Counted from the stretch's first letter, positions 8,804 to 19,055 are shown. The stretch is 64,000 bases of DNA from a bacterium (GCA_963675295.2 CAXXKJ010000002.1:224001-288000); one strand, 5' to 3'. A program made the numbers and translations. Notes: generated from the sequence alone by a model not told the origin.

Positions 8804-10984
8804 ATGAACCGTCTATTATGGGTCTTGCCGCTGTGTCTGCTGCTTGCCGGACTGGCAACCGCGGCGCCATCCCTGTTCAATGACGACATGCAGGTTGTGT
8901 TGCAGTCGGCGGATGCGGAAGAGTACGTCTACACGCTCGTCTTTTTCAGCCCGGAACCGGACGGGCAGGCGATGGCCAATTATGTGCAGGACGTTCCACT
9001 CGAGGATCGCGCCGATGTGGTCTGGTCGCAGCTCAGCGCGCAGGCCGAGGACGCGCAAGCCGATGTGCTGGACCTGCTCTATGCCCGTGAACAGACCGGC
9101 GATGCGCACACAATCCAACCGCTGGTGCTTGTAAACGCCGTCTATTGCTGGGCAAAACCAGCCGTGGTGCGTGAACTTGCGACCCGCCAGAACGTGCGTA
9201 AAATCATCCACCTGCAGGAAGAACAGGTTCTGCCGCCGGCGGAGATTGAATCCGGCGGGAACGAGCTCGACGAAATTGTCTGGGGCGTTGACCGTATCGG
9301 CGCGCCGGATGTCTGGGACATGGGCTACACCGGCGAGGGCGTGATCGTCTGCGTGCTCGATACCGGGCTGCGCTACACCCACTGGGACGTGCAGGATCAC
9401 CTCTGGGACGGCGGCCCGGACTATCCGAACCACGGCTGGGACTTCTACAACGTCGACGACGACCCGGTTGACGACAACGGGCACGGCAGCCACGTCGCTG
9501 GGATTGTCGCCAGTGACGGCAGCGCCGGATCGCAGTGCGGTGTCGCGCCGGACGCGACCCTGATGCCCGTCAAGATTATCAGCGGCGGCGGAGCCAGCAG
9601 CTACAACCTTGCCTGGGCCGGTCTCGACTGGGCGCTGGTGCAGGGCGCGGATGTCGTGATCATGGCCGTCAACTGGCACGACGTTGACGAAACATCGCGT
9701 GCCGCCTTCCGCAATGCCTACGATCAGCTCGCCGCGGCGGGGATCATTTCGGTCAATAGCGCTGGTGGCGACGGCGACAACCCGGGCACCTATCCACCGC
9801 CGGACAACATCGGAACACCGGGTTCGGTGCCGCCGCCGTGGCTGCATCCGGACCAGACAGTACCCGGCGCGACCAGCGGTCTGATCACCAGCGGCTCGAC
9901 GGACAACGCCGACGTGATCACCTACAATTCCGGACGCGGACCGTGCTCGTGGGAAGATGTTTTGCCGTACGAGGATTTCGTGTACAACGGTGGCGCGGAT
10001 CAGGGTTTGCTGAAGCCGGATGTCAGCGCACCGGGGGTGAACATCAAGTCAATCGACATCGATTTCGACACCGATTACACCAGCCGCAGCGGCAGTTCCA
10101 CCGCCGCGCCGCATGTCGCCGGCGTGTGCGCGTTGCTGCTGAGCATCAATCCGGATCTGACCATCGCGGAGATCGACTCGTTGATCGAAACGACCGCGCT
10201 GGAACTCGGCGATCCCGGCAAGGACAATGCGTATGGCTCCGGCCGGATCGATGCCTACGCCGCCGCGCAGGCAGCCGGGACACCCGCGCCTGACCTGGAG
10301 ATCGTGCTAACGCCTTCCGAGGACCCATACATCATCCCGGCCACCGGCGGCACGCTGGTGTTTGACGCCGAGATCTTGAACGATTTCGATGTGCCGACCC
10401 TCGGCCAGGTGAAAACTCAGGTGCGTTTGCCGAACGGCAACATGTACCCGTTGAACACGTACAATCTGACCTTCCTGCCGCACGCGTACCGGCTGTTCAG
10501 CGACGTGACGCAGGACATTCCGGCGATGGCTCCGGCGGGCAACTACCTGTATATCGTGCGTGGCGGATTGCGGCCGTGGGTGCCGCTCGCGTATGACTCG
10601 TTCCCGTTCAGTAAAGACGCTGCGGTCGCCAATGGCGATAACGACTGGTCGAGCAGCGGCTGGAACCTGGAACCGGGTGAGACAGCCGCGCTGGACGACG
10701 AAACCATCTCCACGCAGCCGGGCGAGTTCGCGCTAAGCGCGGCGTACCCGAACCCGTTCAATCCGGTGACGACGTTGACGTTGACCGTGCCCGTCACGGG
10801 ACAGGTACGGGTCGCGGTCTACGATCTGACCGGGCGTGAGGTGGCGCGGTTGGCTGGCGGAACGATGTCCGCAGGCACGCATGCGTTGACGTTTGACGGT
10901 TCCGCGCAGGCCAGCGGTGTGTATTTCGTTCGTGCCGAGCTGGCGGGCCAGACCGCGATGCGCAAGGTGATGCTGTTGAAGTAG
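8804..10984 (+). CDS. S8 peptidase paralog (oxyanion Asn replaced) with pre-CTD domain and T9SS-like CTD
   Basis: Colinear with 6358..8535. Motifs DTG, HGSHVAG, GSSTAAPH, SAGG. RBS AGGAGG before ATG 8804. Confidence 0.9.
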   Translation: MNRLLWVLPLCLLLAGLATAAPSLFNDDMQVVLQSADAEEYVYTLVFFSPEPDGQAMANYVQDVPLEDRADVVWSQLSAQAEDAQADVLDLLYAREQTGDAHTIQPLVLVNAVYCWAKPAVVRELATRQNVRKIIHLQEEQVLPPAEIESGGNELDEIVWGVDRIGAPDVWDMGYTGEGVIVCVLDTGLRYTHWDVQDHLWDGGPDYPNHGWDFYNVDDDPVDDNGHGSHVAGIVASDGSAGSQCGVAPDATLMPVKIISGGGASSYNLAWAGLDWALVQGADVVIMAVNWHDVDETSRAAFRNAYDQLAAAGIISVNSAGGDGDNPGTYPPPDNIGTPGSVPPPWLHPDQTVPGATSGLITSGSTDNADVITYNSGRGPCSWEDVLPYEDFVYNGGADQGLLKPDVSAPGVNIKSIDIDFDTDYTSRSGSSTAAPHVAGVCALLLSINPDLTIAEIDSLIETTALELGDPGKDNAYGSGRIDAYAAAQAAGTPAPDLEIVLTPSEDPYIIPATGGTLVFDAEILNDFDVPTLGQVKTQVRLPNGNMYPLNTYNLTFLPHAYRLFSDVTQDIPAMAPAGNYLYIVRGGLRPWVPLAYDSFPFSKDAAVANGDNDWSSSGWNLEPGETAALDDETISTQPGEFALSAAYPNPFNPVTTLTLTVPVTGQVRVAVYDLTGREVARLAGGTMSAGTHALTFDGSAQASGVYFVRAELAGQTAMRKVMLLK

Positions 10985-10986
10985 AA

Positions 10987-11087
10987 CAGTCGCTCGTCTC
11001 TGGTCCTTCGTCTCTCGAACGGCCGGAACGGAGAGTAATAGCTGAGTTTCCCCGGGGACACGTTGCAGCCAGCGTGTCCCTGTTTTG
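10987..11087 (+). terminator. Conserved 3'-UTR hairpin plus intrinsic terminator (copy 2)
   Basis: Homologous to 8538-8640, with substitutions that mostly preserve pairing. Confidence 0.75.
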
Positions 11088-11163
11088 TAAAGATTCTCCT
11101 GGCGGCTGTCGTCAGTTTGAGGCACCACTGGCCTTGTAAGCGTTCGGTCGCGGTTTGGCGACT

Positions 11164-11299
11164 TGTCATTCCGAACGGAACGAAGAGAAGTGAGGAAGAT
11201 CCCGCTTACTTTCGGGTGCAGCGAAGAAGTCGACCGTAGGTAACCTGTTGACAAGTTGGATCTTCTTCAGGCGCAAACAGCCGCGCCTTCAGAATGACA
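11164..11299. repeat. GTCATTC...GAATGAC palindromic element (CGTC-type REP/MITE-like), copy 1
   Basis: Terminal IR TGTCATTC/GAATGACA and internal GAAGATCC/GGATCTTC. Homologous to 38276-38414. Confidence 0.75.
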
Positions 11300-11380
11300 C
11301 GCGCGCGTGGTTGCGATTCGAATGCGGGAACGGTCGCTCGTTCAACCAGCGGTACCTGCCACGGGTCTTGATCCGTGGCC

Positions 11381-11442
11381 GTTTTCTTTAGCGTCTTTTG
11401 CGTCCGTTGCGTCAGTTGCGTCCCTTGCGTCTTTTGCTTTCC
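11381..11442. repeat. 9-nt tandem repeat array (about 6 units), same family as 5288-5429
   Basis: TTTGCGTCC GTTGCGTCA GTTGCGTCC CTTGCGTCT TTTGCTTTC. Confidence 0.75.
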
Positions 11443-11662
11443 GGGAGCCGGGAGTAACGTGTTCACGTGTGTTTCCGTCTTACGAAACATCCCGGGGTAG
11501 GGGTCGTGTGTGCTCGCGGAAACCGCATGGAGCGGAGTGGCTCGAATGGAGCGGCGCTTGTCTGGATTTCGGGAGTTCGCTAACATACCAGATTATTGGG
11601 GAAAACGTATACGGTTCGCCGGAAAAACCGGTGGGGCGTGGTATCTTGGAACGGAGGGAAGC

Positions 11663-13570
11663 ATGCTGTTTCGTCGCATGATGTTGGTTGCATTGGCGTT
11701 ACTGGTCGTAGTAAGCGCCTTTGCCCAGAAGCCGGAAACGTTGGATCGCAGCCAGATTCCGGATGAGTACAAGTGGAACCTGAATGACATTTATCCCGAT
11801 TGGGACCAGTGGGAAGCGGACAAGCCCCAGATCGAAGAGCTGATGAATCAGCTGCAGACCTACAAGGGCCGTCTGGGTGAGAGTCCGGAAGTGTTGGCTG
11901 AGATGTACACGGTTGGTGAAGATCTCGGCAGGTTGGTTGAGCGCTGGGCGTCGTATGTGTGGCTCGCGGCGGTTGTCGATCAGAAGAACATGGAGTTGAA
12001 GGCAAAGCAGCAGGAAATGGGCATCATGTTCGCCCGTTTCGGCCAGGCGATGGCATGGGTCGATCCGGAAATCCTGAGCAGCGTCCCTAAGGATGTGATG
12101 CTGACCTGGATCCAGGAAAACGGCACCCTGCGTGATCGCCAGCATGAAATCATGGAGCTCTACCGTCAGCAGGAGCACGTGCTCGACGAACAGGGTGAGT
12201 ATCTGCTGTCGCTGTCGTCCCAGCTGCAGGGCAATCCGGGCAGCACTTACAATTCGCTGTCGACGGCGGATGTGGAATTCCCGGAAGTAACGCTTTCCGA
12301 CGGCGAGACGATCAAGGCGACGCACGCCAACTACGGCCTCGCGAAGGAAACCTTCCGCAACCAGGAAGACCGGATGAAGGTCTTCAAGGCGCACTTCAGC
12401 ACCTACGATGATTTCGAAAACACCTACGCCTCGATTTTTGATGGCATGCTGCAGTCGAACTGGTACGAGACCCAGGCGCGTAACTACAACTCCGCCGCCG
12501 AGATGTACCTCGACCAGAACAACATCCCGATCGATGTCATGACCGGCATCATCGAGCAGGCCAAGCTGGGCGTGGAACCGCTGCAGAAGTACAACCGTCT
12601 GCGCAAGGAAGTGATGGGGCTGGAAGAGTACCGTTACTTCGACATGTACATGCCGTTGGTCGAGATCGACTGGCCGTTCTACTATGACAACCTGCAGCCG
12701 ATGATCATGGAATCGCTGGAAATTTTCGGCGATGACTATTGTGATCAGGCCGAGCGCGCCTTTAACGAAGGCTGGTTTGATATTTACGAAGCCGAAGGCA
12801 AGCGTTCCGGCGCTTTCAGCGCGGGCGTCTACGGCGTGCACCCGTACATGATGCTGAACCATGCGGACACGATGAACGATGCGTTCACCCTCGCCCATGA
12901 GCTCGGCCACACGATGCACACCGTGCTCTCCGACAACAACCAGCCTTACCACAGCAAGGATTACACGATCTTCGTCGCGGAGATCGCCTCTACGATGAAC
13001 GAGCAGTTGTTCCTCGATTACCTGCTGGACCACACCGACGATCCGGACAAGCGGATTGCGTTGCTCGAGCACGCGATCAACAGCATCCACGGTACGTTCT
13101 ACCGTCAGCTGATGTTCGGCGACTTTGAATACAAGATGCACACGGCGGTGCAGAACGGTATGCCGATCACCGCGGCGACGCTGCAGGAGATGTACCTCGA
13201 AAGCCTGAACGATTTCTTCGGCGACAGCCTCGACGATCAGGACTGGTACAAGAACACCTGGGCGCGCATTCCGCACTTCCAGCGTCCGTTCTACGTCTAC
13301 CAGTACGCGACCAGCATCGCGGCCTCCAGCCTGATTTATGATCGCATCACGAACGAAGACAAGTATTCAAAGAAGGAACGCAAGCAGGCCAAGGAAGCCT
13401 ATCTCGAACTGCTGATGTCCGGTGGCAACGACTACCCGATCGAGCAGTGCAAGAAGGCCGGCGTCGACTTCATGACCCCGGCTCCGGGCGAAGCGATGGT
13501 TGCGAAGATGACCCAGCTCGTCGACCAGCTCGAGCAGGAACTGATCCGCAAGGGTCTGCTGGAAGGGTAA
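11663..13570 (+). CDS. pepF: Oligoendopeptidase F (peptidase M3B) with N-terminal signal peptide
   Basis: KWNLNDIY, GKRSGAFS, HPYMMLN, TLAHELGH (HEXXH), FVAEIAS, WARIPHF, FYVYQYA. RBS GGAGG. Confidence 0.92.
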   Translation: MLFRRMMLVALALLVVVSAFAQKPETLDRSQIPDEYKWNLNDIYPDWDQWEADKPQIEELMNQLQTYKGRLGESPEVLAEMYTVGEDLGRLVERWASYVWLAAVVDQKNMELKAKQQEMGIMFARFGQAMAWVDPEILSSVPKDVMLTWIQENGTLRDRQHEIMELYRQQEHVLDEQGEYLLSLSSQLQGNPGSTYNSLSTADVEFPEVTLSDGETIKATHANYGLAKETFRNQEDRMKVFKAHFSTYDDFENTYASIFDGMLQSNWYETQARNYNSAAEMYLDQNNIPIDVMTGIIEQAKLGVEPLQKYNRLRKEVMGLEEYRYFDMYMPLVEIDWPFYYDNLQPMIMESLEIFGDDYCDQAERAFNEGWFDIYEAEGKRSGAFSAGVYGVHPYMMLNHADTMNDAFTLAHELGHTMHTVLSDNNQPYHSKDYTIFVAEIASTMNEQLFLDYLLDHTDDPDKRIALLEHAINSIHGTFYRQLMFGDFEYKMHTAVQNGMPITAATLQEMYLESLNDFFGDSLDDQDWYKNTWARIPHFQRPFYVYQYATSIAASSLIYDRITNEDKYSKKERKQAKEAYLELLMSGGNDYPIEQCKKAGVDFMTPAPGEAMVAKMTQLVDQLEQELIRKGLLEG

Positions 13571-13594
13571 GTAAACCCGCCAGTATGAGCACTC

Positions 13595-13632
13595 AAGGCC
13601 GGTCCATTTTGAATGGGCCGGTCTTTTTTTTT
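13595..13632 (+). terminator. Intrinsic terminator after pepF
   Basis: AAGGCCGGTCCATT/AATGGGCCGGTCTT stem followed by a long T tract. Confidence 0.85.
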
Positions 13633-13752
13633 CGTCCCAGCCTCCGAGCCATTTCGTAGAAAATATCTCAATCAAACCAGTTCCAGGATGGCGAACTTCT
13701 TTTTTTTTGTACTTTCACTAGCATGCAGCAGTGTTATCATTCGGAGGGAATC

Positions 13753-16158
13753 ATGCGTATCACTGTCACTTGCATCATTTTGCTGGCCCTTGCATCAACG
13801 GGCCTCGCCCAGTACGGTCCGGAAATCCAGATCATCGAGTACATCTACGACCAGAACGACATCACCCTCGCCGACATGGACGGCGATGGCGACCTCGATC
13901 TGCTCTACGACGGCATGTGGAACAACGACAACACCCGCGACTTTGTCGAATGGCTTGAGCAGGACGAAGCCCAAACGATCCGTCATCCGATCGACCACGG
14001 CTTCCTCTCCCGCGATTTCCAGGCTGCGGATATGGATGGGGACGGCGATCTCGACGTCGTCATGGGCGCGAGCGAGTTCGTCGCGTGGTACGAAAACACC
14101 GGCTCGGACGATTGGGTGCAGCACATGGTGGATGAAACCATCGACGCGATCCTCGTTCGCCCAGCGGATCTTGACCTGGACGGAGATCTTGATATCGTCA
14201 CCACCGGCATGGACCAGTTCTGCTGGCATGAAAACACGGGTGTTGGTTGGATTTATCACCCGTTGAACGACCTGCGGGCGAGTAACCTGGACGTCGCCGA
14301 CATGGACGGCGACGGCGACATCGACCTGCTCACCAGCATGCCGTACCCGCTGCATGTGGACTGGTGGGAAAACGACGGCGCGGTGTTCACGATCCACGAT
14401 ATCTGGGAGGAGATTCCCGCAGACGTTGACCCGGTCGACATTGACGGGGATGGCGATATGGACGTGCTCGCCACCGGGCAATCGGTCGCGATCTATCAGA
14501 ATACCGATTGGCAGTGGACGCGCAACCCGGTGTATCAGTTCACTCCCGGACGGAGCGCCTATGTGTCCGTAGCCGGCGACCTCGAGGGCGACGGCGATAT
14601 CGACATCATCACCCTCTTCGGCGATCCCGACCGTGGCGTCCCGGACATCTTCCAGTTCCGGCAGGAAGGTGGAAACTGGACGGAGGGATTCGTCACCTAT
14701 GATTTTTACGATCCGTACAACGTCGAGCTGGTGGATCTGAATGATGACGGCCTGCTGGATATCGTCACGGTGTCGAAACAGCTGAACGAAATCGCCTGGT
14801 TCCAGCAGCATGACCAGTGGTGGGAGAAGAAACGAATCCAGGGCAACGGCCTGCCGGGCGAGGAGATCTCGCAGCAGCCCATCGATTGGGATGCGGATGG
14901 CGACACCGATTTCTTCGAGCTGCGCGTCCAGCCGAACCAGGTGGTGATCTACGAAAACCGGCAGTCGTCCTGGTCAACGCACAGTATCCTCCAGACGGCG
15001 ATGAAACCGAACTACGCGACGCCGTGCGATCTCGACGCCGACGGCGACTTCGACATTCTCGCAATCGGCAACCAGAAGCGAACCTTCGCGTGGTACGAAG
15101 ATGTTGGCGGCGAGTACGCCTACCATCTGATTGACTACGCTCCGCATGAACCGCTGTATCACGGGTTCAGTCTTGTCATCCCGGGCAACCTGGACGACGA
15201 TCCCGAGCTGGAAGTGCTGGCCTACCGTGATCAATTCCTGATCGGGTATGATCGCAACGGGAATACCTGGGAGCGTCATCTCCTCGCGGTCTTCACAAGT
15301 GGCTGGTACCATAGCTCGGCCGCTGGCGGCGACTTGATGGATATGGATGGGGACGGCGACCTCGACCTGGTGACCACGCTGGACGGCCTGCGCTGCTACG
15401 AAAACGAGGGCGCGAACTGGATCGAACACATCATCTATGATTCGAACTCCGGTCCGGAACACATCAAAACCGGTGACGTTGACCTGGACGGCTACCCTGA
15501 CATTCTCTACCAGAGTGCCGGGAATATCGAATTTTATCACAACGAAGGCGGCTACACGTTCAGCATGACCGAGCTGGTCGATTCTGGGTTGGGCTTTGAC
15601 CTTGCGGACGTCGACGGCGATCTCGACCTGGATCTCGCGACCAGCTACCGTGTTGCCGATGATGTTTACACCGCCAGCCTGTTCCTCTGGGATGGGACCA
15701 CTTTTACGGAAACGATCATCGATTCGGTGGCGTACTACGAAACCTGGTTCGGCGATTATGACGCAGACGGAGATCCAGATCTGTTCCTGCGCCCGTGGAA
15801 TGGTTATGCGTGGCGGGAAAACCTGTACAATGCCGCCCCCGGAACATTCACCAGCGCGACAGCCATCAACCCGGATCAGACAGCGCTTCCGACGATCTTT
15901 TCCGTCAGCACCCCGTACCCGAACCCGTTCAACGCGACGGCGACCGTCACGCTGCAACTGCCACAAACCGGGATGGTTCGTGTCTCGCTGATCAACGTCC
16001 TCGGCCGTGAGGTTGGCGTACTGGTTGATGGCGTGCTGCCGGCTGGAACACACCCGCTGTCGATCAATGCACGGAATCTCGCGTCGGGCGTTTATTTCGT
16101 ACGGGCTGAAGCCGCCGCGGGACAATCATCCCAGACGATAACGGTTGTCTTGAAGTAG
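13753..16158 (+). CDS. FG-GAP/VCBS-repeat secreted protein with T9SS-like CTD
   Basis: More than a dozen DxDGDGDxD motifs, a signal peptide and YPNPFNA. RBS GGAGG. Confidence 0.9.
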   Translation: MRITVTCIILLALASTGLAQYGPEIQIIEYIYDQNDITLADMDGDGDLDLLYDGMWNNDNTRDFVEWLEQDEAQTIRHPIDHGFLSRDFQAADMDGDGDLDVVMGASEFVAWYENTGSDDWVQHMVDETIDAILVRPADLDLDGDLDIVTTGMDQFCWHENTGVGWIYHPLNDLRASNLDVADMDGDGDIDLLTSMPYPLHVDWWENDGAVFTIHDIWEEIPADVDPVDIDGDGDMDVLATGQSVAIYQNTDWQWTRNPVYQFTPGRSAYVSVAGDLEGDGDIDIITLFGDPDRGVPDIFQFRQEGGNWTEGFVTYDFYDPYNVELVDLNDDGLLDIVTVSKQLNEIAWFQQHDQWWEKKRIQGNGLPGEEISQQPIDWDADGDTDFFELRVQPNQVVIYENRQSSWSTHSILQTAMKPNYATPCDLDADGDFDILAIGNQKRTFAWYEDVGGEYAYHLIDYAPHEPLYHGFSLVIPGNLDDDPELEVLAYRDQFLIGYDRNGNTWERHLLAVFTSGWYHSSAAGGDLMDMDGDGDLDLVTTLDGLRCYENEGANWIEHIIYDSNSGPEHIKTGDVDLDGYPDILYQSAGNIEFYHNEGGYTFSMTELVDSGLGFDLADVDGDLDLDLATSYRVADDVYTASLFLWDGTTFTETIIDSVAYYETWFGDYDADGDPDLFLRPWNGYAWRENLYNAAPGTFTSATAINPDQTALPTIFSVSTPYPNPFNATATVTLQLPQTGMVRVSLINVLGREVGVLVDGVLPAGTHPLSINARNLASGVYFVRAEAAAGQSSQTITVVLK

Positions 16159-16182
16159 TCTGAGGCTTGAGCCTGCAAACAG

Positions 16183-16214
16183 AACCCGGGACGATACACC
16201 GTCCCGGGTTTTCT
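16183..16214. terminator. Hairpin between convergent genes (likely bidirectional terminator)
   Basis: AACCCGGGACG/CGTCCCGGGTT followed by TT. Confidence 0.75.
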
Positions 16215-16237
16215 CGTGGCGCATGACGTCGCGCCGT

Positions 16238-17824
16238 CTATTTCATCAGCACAACGTTCTGCTGTGCTGTCTGGTCAGCGTAGTTGAGCTGCACCACGTA
16301 CACCCCGCTGGCATTGCCGGGCGCGTCCAGTTCAACCCGGTGTTCCCCGGCGGCATAGTCCGCACGGCTGGACTGAACCGTCTGGCCGAGCGTGTTGATC
16401 AGGGTGACCGTCACCTCGCCTCCCGCCGCCAGGCTGAACGGGACGGTTACCGTCGGATTGAACGGGTTCGGGTACGCCGCCGCAACCTCGAACGTTGATG
16501 GGACGGCGGACTGGTCCTGATCGTCCTCGACCGCGGCATCGGCCACATCGCGCACCAGCATGACATAGTTGAAGCTGCGGGAGGCGTCCCCCTGCGGCGC
16601 GTTGCCCAGGTAGTATCCGTCCGGGAGGTAATTGTAGCCGGAGAAGTCGCCGTCCTTCGGATCTGACCGCTGGCAGCCCGCGCTGTGCACATCCATCCAC
16701 TGGTTCATCATGGTGCCCATCCCGCGTCCGAAGCAGACGTAGACGCCGCTGTCGCCCATCCCGTTGCTCTTGATGTGTGTCGTGCTGCTCCAGTACCACG
16801 GCCAGTCTGTCTCGCCTTCCTCGTTTGTGATCTGAGTCGGGTTGAACAGCGGGTCAATCGCCGCCGAACCGGTCGCGCCCGGCGCACGGTCATAATCCAC
16901 GATGCTCTGCAGTTCCTTCGCGTTCGGCAGACGCCAGTCGCTGTAGCCGAGGTAGGTTTCGTCGTTCATCTGCTGCGCGTACGCCAACGCCTCCGACCAT
17001 AACACGCCGGATCGCGGGCCGCTGCCGTCGCCGCCATGATCGTTCTGCGTCCACATCAGGCCGGTCGCATTGTCGCTGATGGTGCCGTCGCCGTTGTCCA
17101 CGAACGCGTTGTTGCCGTAGTCGGTGTTGCCACGCACATAGTAGACATAGCGTGGCGCATACATCGGCGCGCCGGTCGGATAGCCCTTGATGCGGCCGTC
17201 CGCGAGGTTCAGCCCGAATGCGGCTTCCTGCCCGTCGAACACGTCGTCCAGGCACACGTTGCTCGACCAGAACTGCGCGTCGATGATGCGGTCGCCGGCG
17301 CCTTCATCGCCATAGGCGAAGTCGAAGTACGTGGTGTCAATGAACGGGATCGGATCCACCGGGTCCGGTCCGGACGGATCAGTGCCGTCGAAGTTCATCA
17401 GCGAGTACAGTTCCTTGATCGATGGCAGCCGCCAGTCGCTGTAGCCGCCGAATTCTTCCGCGTTCAACTGATCCGCATACGCCTGCGTTTCCGAATACAG
17501 CAGTTTGTCGTCATAGTCGATGTCGCCGTCCCGGTCGGTGTCCGGACTCTTCGTCCACGTCAGACCGGTGTTGTTGTCGTACACCGTCAAGCCGTCCCCG
17601 GAAACGGTGTAGCTCGGCTGAATACCGTCGATCTGAGCGTCCTGACCGTAGAATGCGTCTCCGGCGGACGGCGGATTGATCGCCACGTTGTTGTCGTAGC
17701 ACTGCGTCTGGCCGGTGTCAACGATCGGGTAGGTGACATCCGCCACGGCTATCGTCGCCAGCATCAGCAGCACAACGACAATTGTCTCGAGTCGAAACCT
17801 TCCATTCCTGATTGGGTAGCGCAT
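16238..17824 (-). CDS. DUF1566 (Lcl C-terminal-like) two-domain secreted protein with T9SS-like CTD
   Basis: IVDTGQTQCY, two DNxTGLxW...GYSDWRLPxxKEL repeats, and YPNPFNP. Confidence 0.9.
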   Translation of the reverse strand: MRYPIRNGRFRLETIVVVLLMLATIAVADVTYPIVDTGQTQCYDNNVAINPPSAGDAFYGQDAQIDGIQPSYTVSGDGLTVYDNNTGLTWTKSPDTDRDGDIDYDDKLLYSETQAYADQLNAEEFGGYSDWRLPSIKELYSLMNFDGTDPSGPDPVDPIPFIDTTYFDFAYGDEGAGDRIIDAQFWSSNVCLDDVFDGQEAAFGLNLADGRIKGYPTGAPMYAPRYVYYVRGNTDYGNNAFVDNGDGTISDNATGLMWTQNDHGGDGSGPRSGVLWSEALAYAQQMNDETYLGYSDWRLPNAKELQSIVDYDRAPGATGSAAIDPLFNPTQITNEEGETDWPWYWSSTTHIKSNGMGDSGVYVCFGRGMGTMMNQWMDVHSAGCQRSDPKDGDFSGYNYLPDGYYLGNAPQGDASRSFNYVMLVRDVADAAVEDDQDQSAVPSTFEVAAAYPNPFNPTVTVPFSLAAGGEVTVTLINTLGQTVQSSRADYAAGEHRVELDAPGNASGVYVVQLNYADQTAQQNVVLMK

Positions 17825-17970
17825 TTTTTTCTCCCTTGTGGTGGTTGGGGTCTACAGATTGGACGCCTGCATTGCTGTCAGGGTTTAGTCCAGGTTCAAT
17901 TCATCGTGGCGCAATCCTCTCGCCGGCGCTATTTTCCCTCTCCAACCCGAACCAACAACCGGAGATGATC

Positions 17971-18981
17971 ATGCCCCCGACACACGGCGACCTGCAGGCA
18001 CGACGCACCCAACTTTCCGATATGGCCAACGGCTACCGCACGTCCGCGACCATCCTCGCGGCGATTGAACTCTGTGTGTTCAGCGCGTTGTCGAACGGCC
18101 CGAAAACCATGCCGGAGCTGGCGACCGAGCTGGCGTGTTCCGAACGCGGGCTACGTGGCCTGTTGGATGCGTTGGTCGGATTGGATCTGTTGCTGCTGGA
18201 CGACGGACACTACTCCCTGCACGGTCTCGCCGCTGAATTCCTCCGGGACGGGTCCCCTCTTTATATGGGCGACATTCTCGAGCACGGCGTGTCGTTGCTG
18301 AAACGCTGGGCGCATCTCGCGGACGCTGTCCGCAGCGGCAAACCGATCCGTGAAACAGGCAAACCGGAGCGCACGCCGGACGAATTGCGCGCGTTCATCC
18401 TCGGAATGCAGAACATCGCCGTGAAATCAGCTGAGCAGATGGTCGAGTTTCTTGATCTCGGGTCGGTCAACCGTATTCTTGACATCGGTGGCGGGCCGGG
18501 AACCTATTTGCACGCTGTCTTACGTGCCCGACCGGATGCCACCGGTAGTGTGTTGGATTTGCCCGATGTAATCAGTATCGCACGTGAACAAACTGAAAAG
18601 GTCGGGTTGACGGATCGCGTCTCGTACATCGAAGGCAGCATGTTCGATGTCGACTACGGTGGCCCGTGGGATCTCGCGATCCTGAGCAACATTATCCACA
18701 GTTGGGACGAATCTGCAAACGTTCAACTGATCACACGCGCGGCATCCTCCCTCGCTCCCGGCGGCTTCTTATTGATCAAGGACTTTTTCCTTGAGTCGAA
18801 CCGGACCACACCGCCTGACGGCGCTCTGTTCACCCTCAACATGCTGGTCGGCACCGAAGCCGGTCGTTCCTACAGTTGGCAGGAATGTGAAGACTGGCTC
18901 GCCTCGTCGGGTCTCAAACTTATACGTCGTGGCAAGGTTGGTATCAGTTCAGGATTGCTGCTGGCTCAGAAACCGCAGTAA
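17971..18981 (+). CDS. SAM-dependent O-methyltransferase (Methyltransf_2 with dimerisation domain)
   Basis: N-terminal wHTH-like dimerisation region, ILDIGGGPG, LDLPDV, SNIIHSW, LNMLVGTEAG. RBS GGAG. Confidence 0.88.
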   Translation: MPPTHGDLQARRTQLSDMANGYRTSATILAAIELCVFSALSNGPKTMPELATELACSERGLRGLLDALVGLDLLLLDDGHYSLHGLAAEFLRDGSPLYMGDILEHGVSLLKRWAHLADAVRSGKPIRETGKPERTPDELRAFILGMQNIAVKSAEQMVEFLDLGSVNRILDIGGGPGTYLHAVLRARPDATGSVLDLPDVISIAREQTEKVGLTDRVSYIEGSMFDVDYGGPWDLAILSNIIHSWDESANVQLITRAASSLAPGGFLLIKDFFLESNRTTPPDGALFTLNMLVGTEAGRSYSWQECEDWLASSGLKLIRRGKVGISSGLLLAQKPQ

Positions 18982-19055
18982 GAAATCCGGCGGCACGAGC
19001 TGATGACCCCTGTTTGAGAGCTCTTTCGGGCTCTCGGAGGCCTCATTCCCCATTC

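Noticed and set aside
6358-10984. Diversity-generating retroelement TR/VR pair in near-identical S8 segments
   Set aside because: Differences are not adenine-specific and no reverse transcriptase is present. Ordinary paralogy explains the similarity.
11458-11490. parS-like GTTCACGTG site near the origin
   Set aside because: Only half-site matches to TGTTTCACGTGAAACA were seen. I found no full palindrome.
11699-13276. Long antisense ORFs (e.g. 525 aa opposite pepF; others opposite the S8 genes, clpB, dnaN and gyrB)
   Set aside because: Typical shadow ORFs of GC-rich codon usage. They have no motifs and fully overlap confident genes.
17971-18981. Methyltransferase as carotenoid CrtF or BchU
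   Set aside because: Same broad family, but about 25 kb from the crt operon and with no specific evidence.
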